Below, piece after piece: positions 19,701 through 29,892 of a stretch of 64,000 nucleotides of DNA. Position 1 is the first letter of the stretch; the number at the start of each line of letters is the position of its first letter. The stretch comes from a virus. A program made the position numbers and the translations under genes. The DNA is taken from positions 21,262 through 85,261 of the IMG/VR virus record IMGVR_UViG_3300044697_000009; one strand, 5' to 3'. The notes under the pieces are model-generated. The model was not told the DNA's origin and did not search any database. It saw only the letters and a list, made by a program, of their open reading frames with translations.

Positions 19701-22520
19701 TCAAATCATCCACCAATTCCCGGCAGATCCAACATGAAATGTCCAAGAACCATAATTTGTATATAAAACTTTTGATGCACTTAATCCTTCAATCATTTCT
19801 GAAGAATGCGGAGCAATTGTAATGGGATAAGTCTGAGCATTACCAGAACGGTCTTTAATAACAATAGTTCTACCAACAGTTGGTGTCGGTAATGTAATAG
19901 TTATAGCAGCAGATTGATTACAAAGAATTACATCATCAGTAGTAGTCGTATCAACTGTATAATTACTTGTGATAGTTTTAGTAGTTCTATACATACCACC
20001 ATTTATTTGATGTATAGCAGTACTAGATGATTGAGGACCTAGAGTAACACCGCCAGAATCAACTCTAAAAGCTTCAGCTGATGTCACAGATCCAGATGGA
20101 GTTACATTTATTGTGATATAAGTATGATTAGATGAATTCGTGAAAGTTTCACCGGCAATAAAATTCAAAGACCCAGTTGATGCTGAAGGAAATGTAGATG
20201 TTCCATATCCTTGGCCGGAGATAAATCCTAAAATATTACCTGTTGTGGCAGCGGTTGGAGACCCTGATGTACCATTTGCGTATCTATTTCTAGTACCAAC
20301 TGTTCCACCATATCCGGTTTGTACAATTCTTTGGGTAGATCCGGTATTATTAACAATATCAATTGCCGTTCCAGAAGCTGCAGAAGTCTCACCAATAGCA
20401 ATCTGGTTCACGTTATTGATAGAATAATTGCCCATGTTGAGATTTGCGGCTTGTGTACCAAGACTTTGAAGTGATGATGTAACAACAGTGGAATTCAATG
20501 TCGTTCCAGTTAAAGTCCCAGCTGGAGCGATAACTACGTTTTCAGATGCAGCAGTAATCAATCCTTTTCCGTTCACGGTGAATGAAGGAATTGATGTCGA
20601 TGATCCAAAACTACCAGTATTTGAATTCACAGTTGCAAGCGTTAAAGCTGCACTTCCAGGACCAGATGCACTGCCATCTCCCGTCAAAGCTGTAATAGTG
20701 CCAAGCATTGTGTTGACTTGTAAAACTGTCAGATCACTAGGTGTTGCGGAACTTCCAGTGTTATTACCTTTCAATGTGTCTGACGACATTTGGGATAATT
20801 TAGAGTTTGTTACACCGTTGTTTTTAACTTCAAGGTTATTTGAACCATTTATATCTAATGTTGAATTATCAACATTGACGTTCCATGTAACACCACTATT
20901 TGATAATCCTAGTCCTGGGTTGACTACAAATCCAGTTGCTACTTGTACCCACATTGTTCCGTTGTAATAATAAGTATCACCAGCATCATAGGATAAAGGA
21001 TTGTTATCTAATACTAACCATCTGTTTTCAGGAACAGCAAATGAATATGCGTAAGAACCGGGCGTGGCATTTGTAACCGTTGCTATATTGTCTTGATGTC
21101 CTACAAAATTACCACCTAAAGTCCCAGTTTGGCTTATATTAACGCCTAATCTATCGCCAGTTTGAACTGCTCTTCCAAGAGCGTCATGCCATGTAGTTCC
21201 ATCATAAAATACAAAATGTCCAGCACCGATAGATGACCAGGCACCAGTTGGAGAAGCTCCAATTAAATACGTTGTAGTATAATTAACCGGTGATACAGGA
21301 GGTGTTGATAAACTATCATCTATTAAATTAGCTATGATTATTGGATTTTGAGGATAGATTCCTTGAGCTAAGTAGTCAACATAGTTCTTCGTTGCCGCGT
21401 CTTGATTCGAAGTAGGATCAGTGACATTATGTATAAAATTTGAACCCATATCAAGGGCCCCGCTCATTGTGTCACCAGTCTTTAAAACGTTTAACGAAGC
21501 CGCACCTGTTAAACTAGCGGTGATTGTTCCAGCAGAAAAATCTCCAGAAGAATCACGTTCGACTATCGTTGATGCAGTATTAGATGAAGTAGCAGAATCT
21601 AGGATTACTTTATCAGTCGCAAGCATAAACCCGTTATTTGATTCAGTAACAGCAGCATGTAATGTAGGAGATGTTTGATTGCCGTGAGCATGAACGTGAT
21701 CAGCTAATGCTAAATAAGATGAAGATCCAGCAACGTTTGAAGTCCCGATTTGAACCGGAGCAGTTGAATCGTTAAGCATTGCTGAGACATTGGCGACAGA
21801 AAGATCTGAGGCATTTGCTGTTGAACCAGAGTTATTACCTTTGAGAGTCAAGGAAGCCATTTGAGCAAGCTTACTATTACTTACTACATTGCTTTGAATT
21901 GTGGAAGAAACTGATCCAGGTCCTGTTGCAACAACATCACCAGTTAACGCCGTAATAGCTTCATCAGAAAACGCATTGATTTGTCCTTGGATTTTTTCAA
22001 GGGCAGAAAGAATAGAATCTGTTGCTGAGATCGGTGTATTAGCGCCGACAGAATATCCTGTTAATAATTTCCCAGTAACAACAGTAGACGCTATTGATGT
22101 ACTAGATTGAGTACCTGTAACATCACCTGATAAAGATCCAGTAAATCCTGTTGAGTTACCGGATAAACTAGCAGTAATAATACCAGCTGAGAAATTACCT
22201 GAAGAATCACGTTCGACTAATGTAGAAGCGGTGTTAGTTGAAGTCGCTTCTGAAACAGTTGTAACAGTATTTGCGATATTAGTTGCTGATTGTCCGCCAA
22301 CTGAATTAACGGTAGCTGAAGCACTTCCAGGGCCAGTAGCTGAGACATCCCCAGTTAAAGCTGAAATAAAATCAGTAGAACCGAATTGATATGTAGTACC
22401 ATCACTGTCTTGAAGATATATACTAGTACCTTGAATATATAATTCGATGAATCCACTTGGAGGAGGCGAAGGAGTTGTTGAATATTGTGCTAAAACTAAT
22501 AAAGAACCTGGATTTGCCAT
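19701..22520 (-). CDS. Long tail fibre protein
   Basis: 939 aa with LTGDVxATGPGS repeats, DPTSNQDAATKNYVD and TVNGKGLITAAS fibre motifs. Confidence 0.8.
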   Translation of the reverse strand: MANPGSLLVLAQYSTTPSPPPSGFIELYIQGTSIYLQDSDGTTYQFGSTDFISALTGDVSATGPGSASATVNSVGGQSATNIANTVTTVSEATSTNTASTLVERDSSGNFSAGIITASLSGNSTGFTGSLSGDVTGTQSSTSIASTVVTGKLLTGYSVGANTPISATDSILSALEKIQGQINAFSDEAITALTGDVVATGPGSVSSTIQSNVVSNSKLAQMASLTLKGNNSGSTANASDLSVANVSAMLNDSTAPVQIGTSNVAGSSSYLALADHVHAHGNQTSPTLHAAVTESNNGFMLATDKVILDSATSSNTASTIVERDSSGDFSAGTITASLTGAASLNVLKTGDTMSGALDMGSNFIHNVTDPTSNQDAATKNYVDYLAQGIYPQNPIIIANLIDDSLSTPPVSPVNYTTTYLIGASPTGAWSSIGAGHFVFYDGTTWHDALGRAVQTGDRLGVNISQTGTLGGNFVGHQDNIATVTNATPGSYAYSFAVPENRWLVLDNNPLSYDAGDTYYYNGTMWVQVATGFVVNPGLGLSNSGVTWNVNVDNSTLDINGSNNLEVKNNGVTNSKLSQMSSDTLKGNNTGSSATPSDLTVLQVNTMLGTITALTGDGSASGPGSAALTLATVNSNTGSFGSSTSIPSFTVNGKGLITAASENVVIAPAGTLTGTTLNSTVVTSSLQSLGTQAANLNMGNYSINNVNQIAIGETSAASGTAIDIVNNTGSTQRIVQTGYGGTVGTRNRYANGTSGSPTAATTGNILGFISGQGYGTSTFPSASTGSLNFIAGETFTNSSNHTYITINVTPSGSVTSAEAFRVDSGGVTLGPQSSSTAIHQINGGMYRTTKTITSNYTVDTTTTDDVILCNQSAAITITLPTPTVGRTIVIKDRSGNAQTYPITIAPHSSEMIEGLSASKVLYTNYGSWTFHVGSAGNWWMI

Positions 22521-22529
22521 ATTTTTTCC

Positions 22530-22865
22530 TTAAAGTATAATTACTTCTCCACCGGGTTGGATAACTAAACTTGCTCCGGATTGTAATGTTAGACCTGGAG
22601 TAATTAAAGTTTCATCTGTATTTACAGTTACAGTTCCATTAACATTTCGTTGTGTTATATATCCTTGTGCTTCAATAGCCCCTGAGTCTTGGACATTTGT
22701 ACCAGGAGAATCTTGAATCGTTGTTCCTGTATCATCGGCCCACCTAGTAATAGCTCCAGTTGTTGTAGGTGATAATCCAGTAACATTTCCAGAACCAGAA
22801 CCTGATTCGATATAAATCAACTGTAGATTGCCAGTATAAGGATTTAAGATCGTCTTATAAGCCAT
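22530..22865 (-). CDS. Hypothetical virion protein
   Basis: 111 aa, tightly packed in the late operon. Confidence 0.6.
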   Translation of the reverse strand: MAYKTILNPYTGNLQLIYIESGSGSGNVTGLSPTTTGAITRWADDTGTTIQDSPGTNVQDSGAIEAQGYITQRNVNGTVTVNTDETLITPGLTLQSGASLVIQPGGEVIIL

Positions 22866-23291
22866 TTATGTCCTAACTGCCGATGTTAAATTCGCACTAC
22901 TGTCATAACCAAGAGTAAGAGTCGCAACAAGAGTTCCAGATAATCCACCAGAATAGTATTCAATCTCAGTTGGAACTGTCTGACTATCTATAACTGAATT
23001 CGTTATACTGATACTATCGAAACTAACTGGAATTAACTGAGCGACATTAATAACGCTTTGATTCCCAGAACTATCAATCTTTGGAATCTGTAGTGTTCCA
23101 TTTGATTGACCATTCTGCGTTCCATACATTATTACACTATCACCATCAGTAGCTGTAACACTAACTAACAATTCCCCATTCACTGTCAAAGGAGCAGTCA
23201 GTGTCGCAGTAGTTCTTAATGCCTGAGCAATAGGGTCATAAGAATATTGAAGTATTTGTTGATGGTCTAAACCACTTGGTGTAAAAGCCAT
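22866..23291 (-). CDS. Hypothetical virion protein
   Basis: 141 aa after the portal, with a GGLSGTLVATLTLGYD motif. Confidence 0.6.
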   Translation of the reverse strand: MAFTPSGLDHQQILQYSYDPIAQALRTTATLTAPLTVNGELLVSVTATDGDSVIMYGTQNGQSNGTLQIPKIDSSGNQSVINVAQLIPVSFDSISITNSVIDSQTVPTEIEYYSGGLSGTLVATLTLGYDSSANLTSAVRT

Positions 23292-25399
23292 TATTTCCTC
23301 ATAGGTGGAGTCATTTGATTAGCCATTACTGGTAAGTTACGAAACTGTCCAGGAGGCTGTGGGATATTAGGTAACGCCATAGGCGCTTGTCCGTTACTAA
23401 GTGTCACTCCTGGAGTAATAGGTCCAAGTGCAGGATTAGATAATATAGGAGCAGGACCTTGTCCAGGTGGCGGTATCACTCCATGAGGACCGCCCTGGAC
23501 ATTAGGAGTGGGACCACCGGGAGAAGGAGGAGTTCCCGATGGCCCCGTTTGTTGACCGGGCAACGGAGGAAGTTGCTGTTCTCCGATCAACTGTAGTAAG
23601 CCTGGATCTGTATTTCTTAATGCATTTAAATGAGCCTCGATATGATCCATTACGATTTTAACAAGTTCTGGATTTTCTCTCAAATCTGGATCATCAAGTA
23701 CGGCTTTATGTTCTTGAACGTGTTGAGAATGTTTATCAGTTGGCGATACTAAAGGATTTTCACCATTCAATAATTTTTCATTCTCACGTTTAATTGTTAA
23801 GAGTTCTTTCATCTCGATGTTGTACATATCATCAAGACGGCCTGTATTAATAACTTGGAAGTATTGTTGAGGATCTGTCAAAAGTTTCATCTGAAGGAGT
23901 TGTTCTGCCATTTGAACACGACCAGCGATTGTCCGTGACAATGGGTTACCAACATCAACAACAACACGATTGATCTCAGAGATATCATCTCCAGTAAATT
24001 CTTTAAGCATAGAACGATTGCTAACGCCAACTAATGTAACAATCTTAGGCGTCATCGCAAAGTCTTTAAGAATACTCAGTAATCCCGTACCAACGTTCTC
24101 AATAAGTTTAACGTATGATTGTTGAAGACCTGATACGAATTGAAGCGCCATGGATTGAACAAGAGCAAGAGCAGTTCCAGATTTCAATGAAGCTTCTGGA
24201 TTACCACGAGCAACAGAGTTAACACCTGAGATCGTCTCAGCAGATTGAATACACATATCTAGGAATTTAAAGATTTCAGCTGGTGTTTGTGTCAGGTTCA
24301 AAGGCTCAGGTTTCATGTTACCTTCGATAATGTTCATTGCACCTTCGAGCTGGTTGACTGCGATATCAGCGCCACGAGGTACAAATAGATTCTGAACACC
24401 AAATGCGTTTTCGTTAGTTGCAATCGTACTGAATAAAGAATTGATTAATTCCTGAATCGGCATGATATCAAACATGTCAGTATATCCATAAGGAGTACCA
24501 AGGATCTCAGCAGGTACGATTCTAAAGATCGGAATTGTTCTATAAGGCATCTTGGCGTCTTGAAGAATACAATCGCTATCCAAGAACAACATATATCGAC
24601 CTTCAGGCAAGGCTTCAGATTGACGATGAAAAAATTCGTATACTGCGATGTCATCTGTTTCATCATTTGACCAAACAGCTAAACGATATACAGAACTATC
24701 TGTTTTGGAAGGAATTCCACGGATTTTATCAGCTAGTTCAGGATACTTAGCCATTAAGTTATAGCGATTTTGAAAACTACGACAAAGAATCCAATCATTG
24801 TCCCAATTTTCTTTTGTACCATCCACTACGACATCAAATGGAGTTAATGTAGTGAATTCGATTTCACCTTCGTAATTAAACTCACCAGTTTCAGGATCAG
24901 CATCATAAAGATTACCGCCCATTGCATTCCAGGCAAGTTTTATATATCCAGCACCAAGTACAATAGCAAGTTCGACGGCTTTATTTAAAACGTCTTCAAG
25001 ATGTTTTTCTCTCATGTAGTAATCAAGAATACCATCTGCGATAATCGTTTGAGATTCTGACTTAGCATCAGAGTTTACAGCACGAGCTTCCATAATAGGA
25101 CGATTTGAAGTAATCATGATGTAAATATGTCGTGCTAAGTTTCTAAAATGGTTTACTGGAAATTGTATTAACTCACCTTGATCGCCAGTAAAGTTAACTC
25201 TATGTCCATAACCCAGGTCATGTTCATATGCGCCATGATACATTCTCCACATATTGCTAAGTTTTTCTAAATACGCATTAGCTCTTAACATATTGAAGAA
25301 GCTCTGTGCTCTTGATAAACACGTACTTGCTACAACATCTGGAGTATTAGCTGCGAAATAAATCGAATCAGCTTGTTTAAAAGAACTTGTATCGCTCAT
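23291..25399 (-). CDS. Portal protein
   Basis: 702 aa directly after TerL. The ETISGVNSVARG...SGTAL motif is P22-portal-like; Pro/Gln-rich tail. Confidence 0.85.
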   Translation of the reverse strand: MSDTSSFKQADSIYFAANTPDVVASTCLSRAQSFFNMLRANAYLEKLSNMWRMYHGAYEHDLGYGHRVNFTGDQGELIQFPVNHFRNLARHIYIMITSNRPIMEARAVNSDAKSESQTIIADGILDYYMREKHLEDVLNKAVELAIVLGAGYIKLAWNAMGGNLYDADPETGEFNYEGEIEFTTLTPFDVVVDGTKENWDNDWILCRSFQNRYNLMAKYPELADKIRGIPSKTDSSVYRLAVWSNDETDDIAVYEFFHRQSEALPEGRYMLFLDSDCILQDAKMPYRTIPIFRIVPAEILGTPYGYTDMFDIMPIQELINSLFSTIATNENAFGVQNLFVPRGADIAVNQLEGAMNIIEGNMKPEPLNLTQTPAEIFKFLDMCIQSAETISGVNSVARGNPEASLKSGTALALVQSMALQFVSGLQQSYVKLIENVGTGLLSILKDFAMTPKIVTLVGVSNRSMLKEFTGDDISEINRVVVDVGNPLSRTIAGRVQMAEQLLQMKLLTDPQQYFQVINTGRLDDMYNIEMKELLTIKRENEKLLNGENPLVSPTDKHSQHVQEHKAVLDDPDLRENPELVKIVMDHIEAHLNALRNTDPGLLQLIGEQQLPPLPGQQTGPSGTPPSPGGPTPNVQGGPHGVIPPPGQGPAPILSNPALGPITPGVTLSNGQAPMALPNIPQPPGQFRNLPVMANQMTPPMRK

Positions 25400-26865
25400 A
25401 ATATCCTCTTGGGTTTGGACTTAACATTAAAGATTTTTTTATATACATCAGCAGGGTCTTGATTTTGAGTATTGTAGTATTTCATTTGATCAATCATCGT
25501 GAGACTTGATGGATTGATATCGTAGTTAGCTGGATATGGATTTTTTCCAAAAATAACGTTACGAACTAAATAAATCAATGCATCGACTGCATCATAATGT
25601 GCATCATCAGGAGATCTCGCAAAACGATTCCTTGCATTCCTACTATCCCATTTAGCGTTCTTAAGATGCCGTATTAATGTTACACATCTAGGATGGATTA
25701 TTATTTTCTTTGCCGCCAACAATGTTCTAAGATTATTAACCGCTGTTTCTTTTTCATCTTTTTTAGTAGGTATGAAGTTTATACGATTACCACTGTTAAC
25801 CAAGATCTCACGAATCGTAATATAATCTACGTCACTGAATCTAAGATAAGGTGTCTTGACTTCCAATGACAAAGGATTGGTCCAGAGTTCTTTTTCTTTT
25901 GTATCAATCCTCTCGACAAGTTTTACAAGACTTTCGTTAGGATTATTAAAGTTCATAATGAGTTCGTCTTCAATAATGATTTTATTTGCACGGAAGTCGA
26001 AGTATCCAAATACAACAACAGTTAAGTCCCGACCACCAGTATCCATAGCTTCGTATGCATCATAAAATGGAGGTTTTGGCCATTCTTTAACGATTTCTTT
26101 TTCTAAGACTGCATCAAATTCAGGAACGACGGATAAAGTAGGATCTTTAATGACTTGGCATAAGAATTCCCGTTTCCAGGAGTCTGAGTTCTCACCACCC
26201 ATTGATTCTTTAAGACGTTCGATTTGTTCTTCTTTAAGTAATGGATTGTCGTAGACTGTCTTTCTAGTAAGTTTATTTCGCGTCTCCGCTTCCTCAATAA
26301 ACTTAAAAAAATCATGGTCAAGGTCTGCTGGAGGAGTACTAGCAAGTACGATCTTACCTCCAGTATGAATAGTTGTAGGAATAAAGATTTGTTCTACAAT
26401 ATACCTTAAATCTGTACAAAAACCTGCTTCATCGATTAATACAAGTGTAGCTTTTTGACCACGGAGACGATCATAGTGTTTATTGTCTGTACCGGCTAAC
26501 TGGATTTGTGAACCATTACTGAAGTAATATGTATGGTACTTAGCTTTGAAGTCCGGGCGGATACTTTGAGGACAATCATTTAAGAGTTCAGTAAAGATTT
26601 TTTCAAACACGGAATGAATATGGACTTTTGTATCTGTTACTAGTTTTATAATTGCGTCATTTTTTCTAAGTGCGTGTTCAAGTGCTAGAATCGCCATGAG
26701 ATACGATTTACCACTTTGACGACTTAAGAGCCATACGAGGATACTATGAGGATCGGAGTTATAAAAGAGATCATACATCTCTTGTTGGACTCTGTGGCAT
26801 TTCCATCTAAGGTTGCCTTGCGTCCATAAAATAGCCCGGGCCTGCTGAGTATCGAGTTTAGACAT
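25396..26865 (-). CDS. terL: Terminase large subunit
   Basis: Walker A SRQSGKS, Walker B VLIDEAG, motif III ASTP, nuclease AMDTG...HYDAVDA. Confidence 0.9.
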   Translation of the reverse strand: MSKLDTQQARAILWTQGNLRWKCHRVQQEMYDLFYNSDPHSILVWLLSRQSGKSYLMAILALEHALRKNDAIIKLVTDTKVHIHSVFEKIFTELLNDCPQSIRPDFKAKYHTYYFSNGSQIQLAGTDNKHYDRLRGQKATLVLIDEAGFCTDLRYIVEQIFIPTTIHTGGKIVLASTPPADLDHDFFKFIEEAETRNKLTRKTVYDNPLLKEEQIERLKESMGGENSDSWKREFLCQVIKDPTLSVVPEFDAVLEKEIVKEWPKPPFYDAYEAMDTGGRDLTVVVFGYFDFRANKIIIEDELIMNFNNPNESLVKLVERIDTKEKELWTNPLSLEVKTPYLRFSDVDYITIREILVNSGNRINFIPTKKDEKETAVNNLRTLLAAKKIIIHPRCVTLIRHLKNAKWDSRNARNRFARSPDDAHYDAVDALIYLVRNVIFGKNPYPANYDINPSSLTMIDQMKYYNTQNQDPADVYKKIFNVKSKPKRIL

Positions 26866-27259
26866 CGTCCTCACCAGTTGCAAGACGTAAGAGTTCTGCT
26901 TGAGGTATGTCTTTACCGAGGTCAGCTAAGTTCTCGGTTTTTGTTATGTCTTTAAGGATTTTACAATAGATATCAAATCTTTTAGCTTCTTCAAGAGTTA
27001 ATGCGCGAGTCAATGAAAAATCACGGAGTTTTGAGATCTCAGTTCTACAGATATATTCTTGGTCATTAGTCTCAAACTTCTTTGCATCTGATTCAGTTTT
27101 GATTAAAGGAACTGTACCTTCAACAAGAGCTTTGAGATGAGTAATCTCTTCTTCTTGAGCTTTAATTGTTTTTAAAAGTTCTGTATTTGTTTTAGTCAGA
27201 GCAATATTGAAAGCTTTTAGATCTATGATTTCTTTTGCAATATCAAGTTTGTCTTTCAT
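26858..27259 (-). CDS. Hypothetical protein (terminase small subunit candidate)
   Basis: Helical 133 aa ORF overlapping the terL start; assignment by position only. Confidence 0.45.
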   Translation of the reverse strand: MKDKLDIAKEIIDLKAFNIALTKTNTELLKTIKAQEEEITHLKALVEGTVPLIKTESDAKKFETNDQEYICRTEISKLRDFSLTRALTLEEAKRFDIYCKILKDITKTENLADLGKDIPQAELLRLATGEDDV

Positions 27260-27594
27260 TAAAACCTCGCAGGCGTTTGAATCGGTTGACCTTGCTTCAT
27301 TGTTTTAGCGAGACTAAGACCTGATACGTGGGTTCTGACTTCGTCGTATGCTTTTGCTTGAGCATTCACAGTCTTGATAATTGCTTCATCTTGGTCTTTT
27401 AAGGCCTTGATTTCAGCATCATAATTCTGTTTCATGTCTTGGATTTCTTTAGATCGGTCTTTTAATTCATACAGACCAGCTAAGATACCCGCTATAACGA
27501 CAGCGGTAGCTGACTGCCAATCTGCTTGAAAAAATAATACTTTTCCAATAGTTAGAGAAAAAAGGAAAAGCGGGGCGTGTTTTAGATAACTCAT
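27259..27594 (-). CDS. Membrane protein with coiled coil (possible holin/spanin-like)
   Basis: Two hydrophobic N-terminal segments followed by a coiled coil; GGAGG SD. Confidence 0.5.
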   Translation of the reverse strand: MSYLKHAPLFLFSLTIGKVLFFQADWQSATAVVIAGILAGLYELKDRSKEIQDMKQNYDAEIKALKDQDEAIIKTVNAQAKAYDEVRTHVSGLSLAKTMKQGQPIQTPARF

Positions 27595-27710
27595 TTTATC
27601 CTCCAAGTTATTGAAATTATTAAAGAGTTTTGCGTAAACCGCTCTTTTGTCCGGGTCAAAGCCCGTGTATTGCCCTAACTGGGCCTCCGGTATTGCTAAA
27701 TCTCTCTAAG

Positions 27711-27756
27711 ATATAGTTATTAAATTCTTAGATAATCCCCGTTTTAATAACTATTT
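27711..27756. promoter_or_regulatory. Divergent pair of late-promoter motifs
   Basis: Minus copy at 27711-27723 faces the packaging operon. Plus copy TTAATAACTATTT at 27744-27756 faces the lysis genes. Confidence 0.65.
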
Positions 27757-27759
27757 AGT

Positions 27760-27897
27760 ATGAAAATAAAACACTTAGATCAATCACCTATCTGCCCGGT
27801 ATGTTCTGCCTGGATGCTTACACATCCTAGTAATCATGAGTATCTTAAGTGTATAAGTTGTGGATTTTGTTGTAAAATTATAAAAAGGTTGAAATAA
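27760..27897 (+). CDS. Small zinc-ribbon protein
   Basis: Read by hand: MKIKHLDQSPICPVCSAWMLTHPSNHEYLKCISCGFCCKIIKRLK. TAATG-coupled to the endolysin. Confidence 0.6.
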   Translation: MKIKHLDQSPICPVCSAWMLTHPSNHEYLKCISCGFCCKIIKRLK

Positions 27898-28331
27898 TGG
27901 TTGGATTAGATTGGAATGACCCTAATTCTTTATTAAGTCAGTATTTTCGAGTGCACGAAGCGTTGTATCTACCTACCTGGGGGCGATTAGCAACAGAAGA
28001 TGATGGTTTGACTGATGAAATTAAAGAAAATTTATTAGATCTTTGTTCTAAGATGGACCAAATACGTGAATTCCTTGGATTTCCTATGAATGTCCATTGT
28101 ATGTACCGTCCTCCGAGCTATAACCTAGTGATTGGAGCACCAGAGAATGACGTCCATAGTCTAGGACAAGCCGTTGACTTTGATTGCAACCCTGATCTCA
28201 CAATAGATGAAATCAGAGACAAAGTTTTACCGGTATTAGATAAATATAATATAAGAATGGAAAGAAACACATCGACATGGATTCATTTAGATACACATCC
28301 TGTCGGAAATGCTAGATATTTTTATCCATAA
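27897..28331 (+). CDS. Peptidase M15 family endolysin
   Basis: YRPPSYN, H-x6-D (HSLGQAVD) and WIHLD zinc-peptidase motifs. Confidence 0.85.
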   Translation: MVGLDWNDPNSLLSQYFRVHEALYLPTWGRLATEDDGLTDEIKENLLDLCSKMDQIREFLGFPMNVHCMYRPPSYNLVIGAPENDVHSLGQAVDFDCNPDLTIDEIRDKVLPVLDKYNIRMERNTSTWIHLDTHPVGNARYFYP

Positions 28332-28340
28332 GGAGATAAA

Positions 28341-28508
28341 ATGGCTAAACCTAAATTAGGATCTGGAGAAAGATTCGCAAGATTGAAGAAACATATTCAA
28401 AGCGAAGGATATTCTTCTGAATCAGCTCAGAAAATCGCAGCTTCGGTAGGACAGAAAAAATATGGAGCTAAGAAAATGGCCCATATGGCAGCTAAGAATC
28501 GGAAATAA
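28341..28508 (+). CDS. Small basic phage protein (KPKLGSGERF type)
   Basis: Read by hand, 55 aa: MAKPKLGSGERFARLKKHIQSEG...GQKKYGAKKM. AAGGAG SD. Confidence 0.75.
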   Translation: MAKPKLGSGERFARLKKHIQSEGYSSESAQKIAASVGQKKYGAKKMAHMAAKNRK

Positions 28509-28509
28509 T

Positions 28510-28701
28510 TCAAGAAGCTTGTCTTTTTAATCGCATTTTTGATTTAATACGTTCTCTATTACAATCAGGGCAGTAGTGACCATTCCAAAGACCACCGGTT
28601 GAGTCCTTCCACCGTTTGTCTTTAGTATTATATTTCCCGTCTTGTATCCGTAGCTTAAGTTGTTTACAGATACGACATTCCGTCATGTTCTGTTCACTCA
28701 T
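28510..28701 (-). CDS. Small CxxC protein
   Basis: CRIC...CPDC. Confidence 0.6.
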   Translation of the reverse strand: MSEQNMTECRICKQLKLRIQDGKYNTKDKRWKDSTGGLWNGHYCPDCNRERIKSKMRLKRQAS

Positions 28702-28915
28702 TTTCTACTGCCTTTCTTAAAGGAATGACTTTAGACTTTTGTTTCAACCCATCAATAACTTTGAGATAAACGTTTTTATGAGAAATCAAGGATCTGACGA
28801 GATTAAATACAGCTTTTTCATCACTCCAGTCTGATTTATCCATAGCCCTAAGCCATGCAAATACAATAGGATCGTCTTGGTATTGTTCTGTAATAGTATC
28901 AATGATTTTGGACAT
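28694..28915 (-). CDS. Hypothetical protein
   Basis: GGAGG SD, 73 aa. Confidence 0.6.
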   Translation of the reverse strand: MSKIIDTITEQYQDDPIVFAWLRAMDKSDWSDEKAVFNLVRSLISHKNVYLKVIDGLKQKSKVIPLRKAVENE

Positions 28916-28942
28916 TTAAGCCTCCTGCTTATCTGAATAAAG

Positions 28943-29209
28943 TTATTCGTCTTGAATAACTATCTGCATTTTATAGAAATTAATAAATACTTGGTGTTTG
29001 TTATCAATTGCTTCTAATAAAAACTTTAATTCTTTAAGGTCTTCAGCCTCAATCAGTATTTCCTTTAATCCATCATCGTCTATAAGTTCTTGTTTATACT
29101 CAAAGAGTTCATTAAACCTACCTTGAAGTTCAAGAGTTTCCATATAATGAATTTCTTCTGCTTCAAGTACTAATGGGAGTTTAGATTTCCGTGATAATTT
29201 AAAGACCAA
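28943..29209 (-). CDS. Hypothetical protein
   Basis: 88 aa, adjacent to the HAD gene. Confidence 0.5.
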   Translation of the reverse strand: MVFKLSRKSKLPLVLEAEEIHYMETLELQGRFNELFEYKQELIDDDGLKEILIEAEDLKELKFLLEAIDNKHQVFINFYKMQIVIQDE

Positions 29210-29569
29210 TTATTCATCCTTGAGATAGATATGGCTTCCAAGCACGCTATTGGCATCAGAATCGTCAATCCATTTGGTTGGCTTAGTTTGTACATAGTCA
29301 ACAATATCTTCTAACTCTAAGGCTTTTACAGCTTCAAGGGCCCATTTATATCCGGCTGCCGACCAAACGACAATCGTCATACCACGTCCTTTATATTTCC
29401 TTAAGAGTTCTACGTGTTTTGTATGTGGTTTTAAATAATTAATGGAGTTGTCATAAGGATCTATTATCTTTAATTTGTATTCACTAGGAATTTTGTATGT
29501 ATGATCCCACATTAATAGCGTGTTATCTACATCACATACTATAACAGATTCGTTTTCTATAACCTGCAT
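29210..29569 (-). CDS. HAD-superfamily phosphatase (capless)
   Basis: Motif I CDVDNTL, motif II VWSA, K(P) and IDD. Confidence 0.8.
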   Translation of the reverse strand: MQVIENESVIVCDVDNTLLMWDHTYKIPSEYKLKIIDPYDNSINYLKPHTKHVELLRKYKGRGMTIVVWSAAGYKWALEAVKALELEDIVDYVQTKPTKWIDDSDANSVLGSHIYLKDE

Positions 29570-29592
29570 CGCTCCTCCGATTATCAGGTTTT

Positions 29593-29621
29593 ACTATACC
29601 ACAGTTTACTATAAATGTCAA
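29593..29621 (-). promoter_or_regulatory. Sigma70-type promoter
   Basis: TTGACA-17-TATAGT with TG extension. Confidence 0.75.
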
Positions 29622-29628
29622 GAGAAAT

Positions 29629-29823
29629 TTAGTACTTTGGATCGAATTTACATTTAGTACAGGTTAGGTGCCCTTCTTCATTATACTCATAAGTATGCGG
29701 AGGACAACACTTTTCTTCTGTATTCAATGGTTTATGATCGGACTTGTGTTCCGTATGTACAGGAAGGTTTAATACAAAGAAAAATAATAAAAGAATTACC
29801 CAGAACATTTCTTTTCTTTCCAA
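29629..29823 (-). CDS. Small membrane-anchored Cys/His protein
   Basis: Hydrophobic N-terminus, CCPPH...CTKC. Confidence 0.5.
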   Translation of the reverse strand: MERKEMFWVILLLFFFVLNLPVHTEHKSDHKPLNTEEKCCPPHTYEYNEEGHLTCTKCKFDPKY

Positions 29824-29892
29824 ATCACAGTCTTACCGCAGATCCAGCATTTCATTCCGTATAACGTGATTCCATAATTATGTACTTTACAC

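Noticed and set aside
16418-22110. Pro-rich plus-strand ORFs and Trp/Arg-rich alternate-frame ORFs
   Set aside because: These are shadows of the Gly-rich and fibre genes.
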